Below are positions 18,187 through 27,490 of a stretch of 64,000 nucleotides of DNA, piece after piece. Both the position numbers and the translations under genes were made by a program. The DNA is from Candidatus Latescibacterota bacterium. GTDB taxonomy: Bacteria > Latescibacterota > UBA2968 > UBA8231. Numbering within the stretch: the stretch's first letter is position 1; every line of letters starts with the position of its first letter. Location of the stretch: the NCBI GenBank assembly GCA_965215195.1, contig CBDCDC010000002.1, positions 1,152,001 to 1,216,000 on the forward strand. The letters run 5' to 3'. Below the pieces are notes generated by a model that searched no databases, had not been told where the DNA came from, and was given only the letters and a program-made list of their open reading frames with translations.

Positions 18187-20142
18187 TTACCAATCGTGGA
18201 CTACGTGCATCTGCCCTGGGAACCAGATCATATCGACAACCCCAGAAAACACCACGCCAATGACATAGCCGATCCCTATGCCAAAGAAAAAGGGCTTGCC
18301 CGTGCGGTAGGCGCGAATCCCCCCGTAGCGCAATAGGACCAGTTTGGCCAGCCACACGAGCAACAGGCTGAACCAATAGATCGAAGTCCCCGCCGTCGCC
18401 TGATAGGCCAAACCGATCGGATGCAGAGAAAACCAATAGAAGCGCCCCCGCAAAAACGCTAGTCCAGCTGCCTCAAAAAATCCCAGCAGCCAGATGCCCC
18501 ACTTGCCCGGATCAGTGATCCGAGGATTGAGTTGGATATGGGCAATCTGATCGTATAGCCCGATAATGACCATCAGGTGGTTGGTTGCTCCAACATCATA
18601 GGCCATAGAGATCGTAGCCCACGCCGCCATCAAAAAGCCGACCACAAAGGCCACTGCCACCACCGCCACCACCCGTTTGGGCTGTCTGCGCAAAGAAAAT
18701 ATCCGCAGCAGATGTGGTAAGGCCGGCCATACCGGCAGGCGGATATTGCCGAAAAACATATTGCTGGAAAATATCTTGAACGACACCAAGTTTTGCTGTG
18801 ATAAATTGGCCGAGCCGATCAATTCGGTGACGAACATCTCCCCTTTTGCATTGGCCCAACTCGGGGTCAGGTAGGGAAACCCTGTAGCGGCGACCAACTT
18901 GATGGTCACGAAGTACGTCATCACCATCAGTAGGAAGGCCCCAATCGACAAGGGCAGGCTCACCCCCAGACTAGTCCCCCAACCAACCACGTAAACCGCC
19001 GATGCGATCAAGGTTACTAAGGCCAAGCGATAGTGGCGGACGTCGCGGACGTCGCCTTGGCCGGTAAGGGCTTGTCGCCACACCGAGCGCAGGTGGCTGC
19101 GGGCCAGCCACACCGACCACACGGCGATGAACACCAAGGCACCAAAACTCTCCATTTGCAGAATGCCACCACCGCTTATTTCTTGACCTGATAGCCCCAC
19201 GCGGACGCCCACCCGCTGCATCAGGCCCAGCTTCAGCACGCCTAACAGCGTAAAGAACACTAAGCTGCCAAGGATATTTAACGGGCACATATAGGTCAGG
19301 GCCAGTACTGGAGCCATCAAGCGGATGGTCAGCCCAGGGAAGGGCCGTGGCAACACGAGCCTGTAATGCTCTGTCCATAGCTCGACAAGCGGCAGCCCAG
19401 GCGTGAAATAGCTGATGACATTGTAGAACGTCGGCAGGAAAACCACGCTGAAGCCCAGCCAAAAAAGCTTCTTGCGGAAGAAGTCCGGCATCCGCGCCCG
19501 TCCGTCAAAACCCTCGGTCAGCTCCAGCGGCATCCGCGCTAAAGGAAAGCTCAGCTTCTCCGCCTCGACCCATTGCCGCTGGAAAATCACCACCAGCGCA
19601 AACCCAAACGCCACCATGGCGATGGAAACTCCAAACCACTGGCTCAGCGGTGCGTACCAGCCATCCCAAGGCACCGGCGTCCCCTTGACCTGCCCCAACC
19701 AGAAGGCCTCTACTACCCGAGGTGCCGTATCGGGAAAGACGTGCCACGGCATAAAGGGCCAGACTATCTCCGCCCATTGATTCTCAGGCGTGGCCATATA
19801 GGCAGGTGCCGCCATTAGCGCGACCCAATACTCCATCCACCCCCATTGTGGGATCACGCCGACAATCCACACCATCGCGAAAATGGTCAATAACTCGCCC
19901 TGGCTCAGCGCCAACCGGGGCGAAATCCGCGCCAATATCGCATTGAGGAACAACCAGAGGACGAAGGGAATAAACGCCATCATCGGGAACTGCGACTGCA
20001 CATAGCCCTCAGACCCCGCCCCCATCCCCGCATAGAGGATGAGGTAGGTGAACATCACGGCGATCGTCAGTCCACCCAGAGCGACCCCGCGCCAAGTAAT
20101 CGCTAGGGACGTGTGGCTACCGATGTGTGCGGATTCGTTCAC
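18187..20142 (-). CDS. Polytopic membrane protein, DUF6785/DUF6784-like (putative transporter)
   Basis: Many TM segments; QWVEAEKLSFPL, LHPIG, KLVLLRYGG..YR..PFFFG motifs recalled for this family. Confidence 0.75.
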   Translation of the reverse strand: MNESAHIGSHTSLAITWRGVALGGLTIAVMFTYLILYAGMGAGSEGYVQSQFPMMAFIPFVLWLFLNAILARISPRLALSQGELLTIFAMVWIVGVIPQWGWMEYWVALMAAPAYMATPENQWAEIVWPFMPWHVFPDTAPRVVEAFWLGQVKGTPVPWDGWYAPLSQWFGVSIAMVAFGFALVVIFQRQWVEAEKLSFPLARMPLELTEGFDGRARMPDFFRKKLFWLGFSVVFLPTFYNVISYFTPGLPLVELWTEHYRLVLPRPFPGLTIRLMAPVLALTYMCPLNILGSLVFFTLLGVLKLGLMQRVGVRVGLSGQEISGGGILQMESFGALVFIAVWSVWLARSHLRSVWRQALTGQGDVRDVRHYRLALVTLIASAVYVVGWGTSLGVSLPLSIGAFLLMVMTYFVTIKLVAATGFPYLTPSWANAKGEMFVTELIGSANLSQQNLVSFKIFSSNMFFGNIRLPVWPALPHLLRIFSLRRQPKRVVAVVAVAFVVGFLMAAWATISMAYDVGATNHLMVIIGLYDQIAHIQLNPRITDPGKWGIWLLGFFEAAGLAFLRGRFYWFSLHPIGLAYQATAGTSIYWFSLLLVWLAKLVLLRYGGIRAYRTGKPFFFGIGIGYVIGVVFSGVVDMIWFPGQMHVVHDW

Positions 20143-20337
20143 GCCCGCGCCAGCACAGTGCGCAGGTGGCTACCGATCCCGACAAACGTTTTGTGATTGA
20201 GAGGAAATTCCAAGAACACGTGTATCAGGTTCAAGCAGAAGAGGGCGCTGATCCCCCAGCGGTAATCTCCCACCGACCCGTGTTGAGGTAGTTGGTGTCA
20301 CGCGGCCGGCCCTCGGGCAACTGCACACTCAGGCGAC

Positions 20338-23004
20338 CTAACGGTCGGTGCCCAGCCCTGCGAAAACGGTGATAAAGGAAAACAAATCGGACGCCGACGG
20401 CGTGGCGAATAGGTCTTGGCGCACCCAGCGGACGCCGACATTAGTCGTCAGCGCATAGCCTAAATAGCTAGAGCTATTGGCGACCTGCCCGGCCAAAATC
20501 AGGGTCTTGCCGTCCTCCAAATAGCCTGGCAGCAGGGGAACTATCCGCTCGCGCAAATTATAGAAAAACTCGTATTCGGCCCCGACAGTGAGACCGATGT
20601 TATCGTTGATATCGCGCGTGGCTTGGATGGAGAATATCTCGGTTAACTCCTGAGTCTCTAGGACGCCTTGATCAGCCGGAGTGCGACTGCTGTAAAGCTG
20701 TTTCCAGCGCGGCAGGAAGTCCCACTCGCGGAATGAGAGCGGGTATTCGCCCTTGTTGACCACGCCGAGGAAGCGCTGATCCCGGCGTCCAGCTTCGGGG
20801 GTTCCCAATAGATTGTACAGTTCGTGTTTGACCTTGGTGGTAAACGGGAAGAACCGGTCGTACTGCACCTCGAAGAACGTCGTGTTGACGAATACGTTCC
20901 GGGCCACCAACTGGTCGCGGGTCAAGACCGCGCCGCCGCGAGTACCAGGCGTATCGACCCACAGAAAAACGTCGTCGGGGATATCGTCTTTGACCTTGCG
21001 CGGATTGGCGACCAAGCGCATTCGTAGATACTTCTCAGGCATCTCCTTTTTAGCCGTCAGCAGCAGGTAGGTCGACTTGTTCTTGCGAGCCGTGTTCAAC
21101 AACCGCTCGTCGAGACGACCGACCATTAGGTTGGTCCCCTCTGTCACTTCCAGCCCGACATAGACGTTGAAGCCACGGTGCCCCAGCTTATAGGGATAGT
21201 CGGCTTGAGTGTCGTCCTCAAAGCGGTCAATGACCGTGTTGTTGTTCATGTCCATCCCGAACAGGAACTCGGGCGGCTCAACCTCAAAGCGCAGGAATGG
21301 CTCGGCGTAGTCTGGCTCGCGATTGAAATTGCGGTTGAAATCGGAGATGTCGTCGTTGTCCTCGTCAATGCCTGGGAAGACCGCATTATCGGTCAAGAGC
21401 CCTCGGCCCTGACGGGTGTTGACGCGGGAACCGAAATAGCGCCGAGTCCAGTCGGGAAGTTCGTCTTGGTCGTCGTTGTCGTCGACAAACTCAAAGACAT
21501 TGCGCTCCTCGCTGTCGTAGTGGACATCGCCCTCGGCGTTGGGAATGAAAGCACGGGTCGAATAGTCGGAGTCAATGCTGAAGGTTTCGGCAAAGACCGT
21601 CCACGGGTAGGAGCGCTGCTGCGCCGTCAGGTAGAAGGCATTGGCCTCCTTTTTGGCCAGCGCTTGGCGGCGGGTGAAATTCTCGTTGGGATAGCGGCGG
21701 TACTGCGAATTCTGCACGAACTCGCCGCGCAGCTCAAAACCGGCCACATCGCTGATCGCCAAGTCGAAACCCAACATGCGGTTGGCCGTCGGCAGGCCAT
21801 AGCGGAAGCGGTGAAAGGCTTGATTGGACCCGTCCTTAACATTGCCCGGGGCGCGCAGCATCGGCAAAAATACCGGCGTCCCAAGCTGGTTAGTCTGCTT
21901 GTTGGAGGTGATCTCCACCTTGTAGTCGTTGGCCAACACGAGGCCGATCTCGACGAACTTGATCTGGCGGAAGTCGTCGATTTCGTCCTCTTCGCTCGGC
22001 GAGAAGTCTTCGATATTGAAGGTCAGGGTAATGATGTCCGGGCCGCTGGCCTCAATCACGCCGCGGCGGCGCAGGCCGCCTTCGACCGTAGGCTCAATGT
22101 CGTCGGTATGCTCAACGCCATTGACGAAGATGCGCCAGCGCGACAATAGCGCCCCCCCCTCGCCATCCTCTGGGGAGTCATCGGAGATCCGCACGATGAT
22201 CGAGCGCACAAAATCGGCGTTCATAGGACCGCTCAACAAGCCCTGTAGCGAGTTGTCGCCGAAAGGCACCTCGGAATTGCGGTGGGCGGCGTTGACGAAG
22301 GTCAAACCCATCTTGGCGAAATCGCCGACACCGATCTGGCCCCGGGCGGCCCAGAGGTTGGTAAAGGTCGTGAACTGCACCCCAGCCACGCCTTCCTCTT
22401 GGGCGACCTGGCCGGTGTTGTTGACGCGCGAGGACAGCAGGGTGATCGCGTATTTGTCGGTCATCAGATCCCACTGCACCCCGTCGAAACGCGGTTTGGA
22501 AAATGTCAGCGGTGTCAGGGTCGTGCGGATCCCGTCGCCGACCATCAACGAGGAGTGGAATTGCCCGGAATGGCTCGAAGCGATCAAGACATTGTTGAAC
22601 CAAGAGGTAAAGCGCGGGTTTTTGCTAATGCTACTGCCGTTTTGGGTCGGGTAGTCCTCGGTCCAATCGTACACCTGCCAGCCCTGGGTGATGTAGTTGC
22701 CGTACACATCGTAAAAAGGCGAGCCTTCGAGGAAGATGTCGTTATAGCGCTCGTACAGGTTGCGCGCGTAGTTGGAGTACTGCTCCTGTCGCCAGTCGTA
22801 AAGCGAGTAGAGGCGCTGCGGCAAATACCACTTGCGCACCGTCGGCACAAGGGTCGAAGGCGCGATTTCTGCCCCGGACGTGTAATAAGGGTTTTCGAAG
22901 CCCGTCTCGCGTTGGGCACGAGACTCTGGCGGTAGCGCTAGCGCTATACTCAGACAAGCCAACAACAATAGTAGGATTCTATGTCTCACCGTCACCCCTC
23001 CCAT
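20338..23004 (-). CDS. Large secreted protein, candidate outer-membrane beta-barrel with Asp-rich Ca-binding loops
   Basis: Signal peptide; DDNDDQD, DEDNDDISD and DMNNNTVID motifs; amphipathic strand-like C-terminal third. Confidence 0.6.
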   Translation of the reverse strand: MGGVTVRHRILLLLLACLSIALALPPESRAQRETGFENPYYTSGAEIAPSTLVPTVRKWYLPQRLYSLYDWRQEQYSNYARNLYERYNDIFLEGSPFYDVYGNYITQGWQVYDWTEDYPTQNGSSISKNPRFTSWFNNVLIASSHSGQFHSSLMVGDGIRTTLTPLTFSKPRFDGVQWDLMTDKYAITLLSSRVNNTGQVAQEEGVAGVQFTTFTNLWAARGQIGVGDFAKMGLTFVNAAHRNSEVPFGDNSLQGLLSGPMNADFVRSIIVRISDDSPEDGEGGALLSRWRIFVNGVEHTDDIEPTVEGGLRRRGVIEASGPDIITLTFNIEDFSPSEEDEIDDFRQIKFVEIGLVLANDYKVEITSNKQTNQLGTPVFLPMLRAPGNVKDGSNQAFHRFRYGLPTANRMLGFDLAISDVAGFELRGEFVQNSQYRRYPNENFTRRQALAKKEANAFYLTAQQRSYPWTVFAETFSIDSDYSTRAFIPNAEGDVHYDSEERNVFEFVDDNDDQDELPDWTRRYFGSRVNTRQGRGLLTDNAVFPGIDEDNDDISDFNRNFNREPDYAEPFLRFEVEPPEFLFGMDMNNNTVIDRFEDDTQADYPYKLGHRGFNVYVGLEVTEGTNLMVGRLDERLLNTARKNKSTYLLLTAKKEMPEKYLRMRLVANPRKVKDDIPDDVFLWVDTPGTRGGAVLTRDQLVARNVFVNTTFFEVQYDRFFPFTTKVKHELYNLLGTPEAGRRDQRFLGVVNKGEYPLSFREWDFLPRWKQLYSSRTPADQGVLETQELTEIFSIQATRDINDNIGLTVGAEYEFFYNLRERIVPLLPGYLEDGKTLILAGQVANSSSYLGYALTTNVGVRWVRQDLFATPSASDLFSFITVFAGLGTDR

Positions 23005-23029
23005 AGGTTTGTGAAGGCAAAGCTTTGTA

Positions 23030-25387
23030 TCAGTATGCTACGTGTACGAGCCTCTGGACCACTTCTTCGCCGGCGTCGGCGGGCACGGAAATATGCACCA
23101 GATAAACCCCTGGGGGCACCGTCCCAGAGGCTGTGGTGCCGTCCCAAGCGTATTGCGCCTGGTTGCCCGCGGGGTTGTGGTTGGCCAACTCGACCACCTG
23201 GACCCCGTTGAGAGCAAAGATCCGCACCCGTGGTTGCTTCCCGGTCTTTACCACAATAAACCTCAGCCGATAAAGATCGTTGGCACCATCTTGGTTCGGC
23301 GTGAATATCTCGGTGTGACTGAGCTTGCGGACTAGCACCTCGTCAGCGACCGCGTCCGGCACGAAAACCTGATCGGCCCCGAAAACCACCGGCAGTACGC
23401 CTTGGGTATTGTCGGCCTGCGCGGAATTGAAGACGAACGCTTCGAAAACCGTCGGGCTGGCGAATACGCGCGTTGTAAAAGCAATCTCCACTGAATCGCG
23501 CCGAACTGCGGGCGGGGGCAACTGCACCAGCAGTGAATCCCCTTGCAGCGCACTAGTCGCCTCGACTTCGACCCCACCGACGGTCGTCCGCACCAAATTG
23601 GCCCCAGCACCGCCTATCGGCAGGGTAATCAATACCCGGTCAAAACCCACATCGCCGCCGTTGAAGGCCGCCGGCTTGATCGTATAGCGGAATTCCGTCA
23701 GCGAATCCAACGCGGCCTCCCGCGGCAAGACGCCACCGCTCAGCCCGGAGGAAATCACCGGATCGCTGGCCACAAAAGTCAGCGAACGCAGTTTGGGGAA
23801 GACCTCGGGATCATCGCTGATTAGCGCCACGCGAGCCTGCAACCATTGCCGGGGCGTCGGCGACTGGAAGGCCTGTCCCGAGAAGCGGTGCGGATTGCTC
23901 CAAGTGCTCCAAGAAGCGTCGCGGATGCTCTCTTCGACGATATCGCCGCGCTGGCGCCTTTTGGCCGCCTCGTAGCCGTCCTTGGTAACTTCCTTGCCGT
24001 TGGTCAGGTAGTAGCGCGTAATATTCTGGAAGCCGTTGCCCGTCTGAGTCTGCACCTCAATCCGGGTGCCAGGCGGGAGGTCGGCATCCCACTCAACCCG
24101 GCGGATACTTCGCGCACCGCCCATCGGCAGATCAACCGACTCAATGGAGATGCGAGCGGGATAGCCCTCGCTGTGGAAGATCCACCACTGCAACGCCCGG
24201 CAATTGCCCCTGCCGCCGGGCACGCGCCAGTTGATCAACCGCACGGCTCGCGGCGGAAACTGGAAATCGTAGATGCCCTTGTTGCCAGTATCCGCCGCGA
24301 GCAGTTCATACTCAAAAGGGCCTTCCACTTCCAGAATCGCAGTCTTACTGAGCGTTCCGTCCGAAGTGAATAACTCTTGGTTAGACCAACCGCAGCCGCC
24401 GGAAAAATGAGCGTACGGATAGGGGCCGACACCGCTGACATAGGGCAACCACACCACCCGGTCAACGCGGAAGACGTTTTCAAAATCGACCACTCCCCAG
24501 TAACCCGAATCGCGCCAATCGCCGCTTTCGATAACCGCCTCGATATTCCACATGCGGAAGCCTAGGTCCTCGTCGATTAGCGCCTCGGCACCGCTGCCGC
24601 GCCCACAGGCACGGTCAGAGCATTGGCGTGCATCCGACGTCCAAGTCCGCCCGCCCCACCCTTCGTCGCCGCGCTCGAGCCGGCGTTTAATCGCAACCTT
24701 GGAGGCGATGTTGAACCCTACGCCGTCAACCTCAATCTCGGCTAAGGCCGCGTTGGGTGTGCGGCCGGCGGCTTCGAAGCGCACAAAGCGCACCGGCGAG
24801 AATTTTTGCGACGGGTCCTTATCCATTTCAAGTTGGAACTCAACTACGCGCTCGGTGTTGTTGTTGACCGGACGACCGACCTGATTGAAGACGATCCGGT
24901 TGCCCCCACCGAAAGCCACTCGCACTCCCGGACTGGTGAATACCGAGAAAAACGTGAACGGTCGCGCGTTGGTGGTATCGGGAAAAATTACGCGGATCTT
25001 GTCGGCGATCACCGCCCGACCCAGATCGAGCTCCACCCAGAAGTGCTCCGTCGGGTCGGTGGCAATGGGCTTCCACCAAGTATTGGGATCTTGGTCGGCG
25101 ATCAAGTGGGCGTCGGCTTGGTTCGAGGGAGTGCGCACCGGTCGGATGCTACCGTAGAGGTCGCCGATGATCACCGATGAGAACTCGTCGGCATTGGCCA
25201 CTGCATTGAAGGTCTTGCCGAAGCGCCTGACCTCAATGCCATCTTCCCGGACGTTGACCAAGCCCCGGGGATGGTCCCAAGCTTCGAAATCCAATCCGCT
25301 GAAAACCAAATCCTGCGCCGCCAGCTCTGCTCCCGCAAGCGCGGCCGCCACAGCCACAGCTATTATCCGGTTCAATGGGCGTCTCAT
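23030..25387 (-). CDS. Secreted protein with discoidin-like domains and FlgD-Ig/gliding-motility-type CTD
   Basis: Signal peptide; WVELDLG..KIRV; C-terminal FTPNQDGAND...WDG...PPGVYL. Confidence 0.75.
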   Translation of the reverse strand: MRRPLNRIIAVAVAAALAGAELAAQDLVFSGLDFEAWDHPRGLVNVREDGIEVRRFGKTFNAVANADEFSSVIIGDLYGSIRPVRTPSNQADAHLIADQDPNTWWKPIATDPTEHFWVELDLGRAVIADKIRVIFPDTTNARPFTFFSVFTSPGVRVAFGGGNRIVFNQVGRPVNNNTERVVEFQLEMDKDPSQKFSPVRFVRFEAAGRTPNAALAEIEVDGVGFNIASKVAIKRRLERGDEGWGGRTWTSDARQCSDRACGRGSGAEALIDEDLGFRMWNIEAVIESGDWRDSGYWGVVDFENVFRVDRVVWLPYVSGVGPYPYAHFSGGCGWSNQELFTSDGTLSKTAILEVEGPFEYELLAADTGNKGIYDFQFPPRAVRLINWRVPGGRGNCRALQWWIFHSEGYPARISIESVDLPMGGARSIRRVEWDADLPPGTRIEVQTQTGNGFQNITRYYLTNGKEVTKDGYEAAKRRQRGDIVEESIRDASWSTWSNPHRFSGQAFQSPTPRQWLQARVALISDDPEVFPKLRSLTFVASDPVISSGLSGGVLPREAALDSLTEFRYTIKPAAFNGGDVGFDRVLITLPIGGAGANLVRTTVGGVEVEATSALQGDSLLVQLPPPAVRRDSVEIAFTTRVFASPTVFEAFVFNSAQADNTQGVLPVVFGADQVFVPDAVADEVLVRKLSHTEIFTPNQDGANDLYRLRFIVVKTGKQPRVRIFALNGVQVVELANHNPAGNQAQYAWDGTTASGTVPPGVYLVHISVPADAGEEVVQRLVHVAY

Positions 25388-25405
25388 CTTTCCCTCGCTA
25401 GGCCG

Positions 25406-27490
25406 TTAATAAATCACTGCGACGGGTTTGAATAGCGTTTGGATGCCCTGATCCACATCCACCTCAACTACGATCAAGTAGATCCCTGGCGCGACCAATC
25501 CATCCGCTTCGTCCTGCCCAGCCCAACTCGGCCCGTAGGGTCCGGCAATGGCTTGTTGGTCTAGCACCGAGGCAATCCGGTGCCCGGCTAGGTCGTAGAT
25601 CTCGACCCGGACTCCAGCACCGCCGACGCCGAACAGGTTGAAGGAAACCACGGTCTCATCATTAATCCCATCGCCGTTAGGAGTGATAACCGGAGACGAC
25701 AGCCGCAGGTCTCCGGTAACGCGCGTTTTGACCTCGGTCGCCACCACCTGGATATCGTTGCTGCCACCCCCTGTGCGAGCGTCGCCCGACTCAATCGACT
25801 GCGGCAAGCTAGCGACTGCGGTGTCGCTGTTGAATATCCGTCCTTCCATAAAGACGGAGGCCTGATAGATGGCGCTGCGGAAGTGAAGCCGCAAAGTCGC
25901 ATCCTCGGCGATTGGTTCGGCAAAGAGAACCCGCAGGAGACCGGCAGCGGTTTGTTGGGAAAAATCCGTTCCCTCCAGTAATTCGACCCCGTCCCGCTCC
26001 AAGCCGATGAAACGCGCCCCCGCAGGCACATCGAGTTCGACGCCGTCAAAACCGGGCCGGACACCCGTGCCGAATACAGTGCGAATATCGTAGACGAAAA
26101 GCGTATCTACCCCCAACGGCACTTCCACCACGCCTTGCTGGTCCTCGGCCAATCCCGCTAGCGACACTTCCCCCAGTACGCTATCGGCCAAGACCGGCGA
26201 AAACTCAAAGGCCACCGAATCGAGGACGCCGAAGGCGAGCGGGTCGGCGGTTTTGATCTCGAAGCGGAACTGGAAAAATTCTCTGCCGTCGGAGGAGCGG
26301 ATCTCGTCGCCCGATGTCTGGTAGGGCACCGACCAATTATTCCAATGGGTGATATCGTCGGAACGCGAAGCCCGATATCCAGCAAGCCCGCCGGAATTGA
26401 CCGACGATATCTCAAACTGGCTGCGCGGCGGCGGCCCCTCGAAATAGGTCTCCCGGTCCACCAGAACTTGGCGACCGAGTTCATCAAAGATGAAGTAATC
26501 AAGCGGGTCGGCGTCGCCCCCCGCCCGGGTGCGGAGCAGCAATTCGACCGGGGCCGCCGGATCAGCCGAGATCTCGCCTGAAGATGCCTGGCGGTATTTG
26601 GTGAAGTTCCAAGTGATTCGGCCAAGGCTAACCTGCCCGCCGAAAGAATGGACTTTGGAGACATAGCGACCTTCGGCCGGGAACCCTCGCCCGAAGGCCT
26701 CGACTTCCGCCAGCATCCCGGTAGAGGTCACGCCGCCGAACTTGAAGCGCAAAAAGCGGGTGAAGCGCAGCCCGGCTTTCAACGAGACGATGCTGGTGTT
26801 GTTGGTGAAGGTGCTACCCAAAACCTCCTCTAGGGGATGGTAGCCATTCGTCCCGGTCGAGACATCCTCGTCTTCAAAGATCAGCCAATCTACCGGCGTA
26901 TTGGCGCGGCTAACCTCATAGGCGACCGGGAACAGCGCCCGCTGCCGCCGGCCGTCTTCGAACAGACCGCTCTGCGGTGGGTAAAAGGAGACGCTGTCAA
27001 TCGGCACCGGCACGCCGAGATCGAGCGTGAAAAACTTGTCAACCGTCGGCAAACCGTCGGCGCGTTCGGCGTGCAGGAACGCCGGGCTCAGTCCGTCCCC
27101 ATCGACTAATCCGCGCGAGATTGCTACGGTACCCGCCTCGCGCCTTCCGCCATCCCACAGCCGTGGATTCCAGCCTAACCGCAAGGTATCGCCCTCGAGG
27201 GTAATCGGACCTTTGGAGAAATTCCAAGTATAGCCGAAGACATTGCGCTGACTCGAAATTCCGGTGGTCCGCACCAATTCGCGCATGACACTGTGGCCAC
27301 GCGGAATTTCCTGGGGCTGGATTGATCCGGCGCGGCTAGTGTCGTCGAGGGCGATCCAGCGCTCGCGCGCTTGGACCCAAGGCTCGCCATTGGCCCCGCC
27401 GACAACCCAAGCCACATCCATTGCCTGCCCCCAAGCCGCGCCCTGTAACCACAGCAGCACCGTACACGCTCTGGTGTTTAAACGGATCAA
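25406..27490 (-). CDS. Secreted protein with discoidin-like domain and FlgD-Ig CTD
   Basis: FTLDLG..RFLRF..LAEVEAFG; ITPNGDGIND..IYDLAG..W.G..APGIYL. Confidence 0.75.
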   Translation of the reverse strand: MIRLNTRACTVLLWLQGAAWGQAMDVAWVVGGANGEPWVQARERWIALDDTSRAGSIQPQEIPRGHSVMRELVRTTGISSQRNVFGYTWNFSKGPITLEGDTLRLGWNPRLWDGGRREAGTVAISRGLVDGDGLSPAFLHAERADGLPTVDKFFTLDLGVPVPIDSVSFYPPQSGLFEDGRRQRALFPVAYEVSRANTPVDWLIFEDEDVSTGTNGYHPLEEVLGSTFTNNTSIVSLKAGLRFTRFLRFKFGGVTSTGMLAEVEAFGRGFPAEGRYVSKVHSFGGQVSLGRITWNFTKYRQASSGEISADPAAPVELLLRTRAGGDADPLDYFIFDELGRQVLVDRETYFEGPPPRSQFEISSVNSGGLAGYRASRSDDITHWNNWSVPYQTSGDEIRSSDGREFFQFRFEIKTADPLAFGVLDSVAFEFSPVLADSVLGEVSLAGLAEDQQGVVEVPLGVDTLFVYDIRTVFGTGVRPGFDGVELDVPAGARFIGLERDGVELLEGTDFSQQTAAGLLRVLFAEPIAEDATLRLHFRSAIYQASVFMEGRIFNSDTAVASLPQSIESGDARTGGGSNDIQVVATEVKTRVTGDLRLSSPVITPNGDGINDETVVSFNLFGVGGAGVRVEIYDLAGHRIASVLDQQAIAGPYGPSWAGQDEADGLVAPGIYLIVVEVDVDQGIQTLFKPVAVIY

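Noticed and set aside
20143-20337. 6S-RNA-like words (CTTGAACC, CCACCTG) on the minus strand
   Set aside because: Could not build a convincing long closing stem by eye; needs cmscan.
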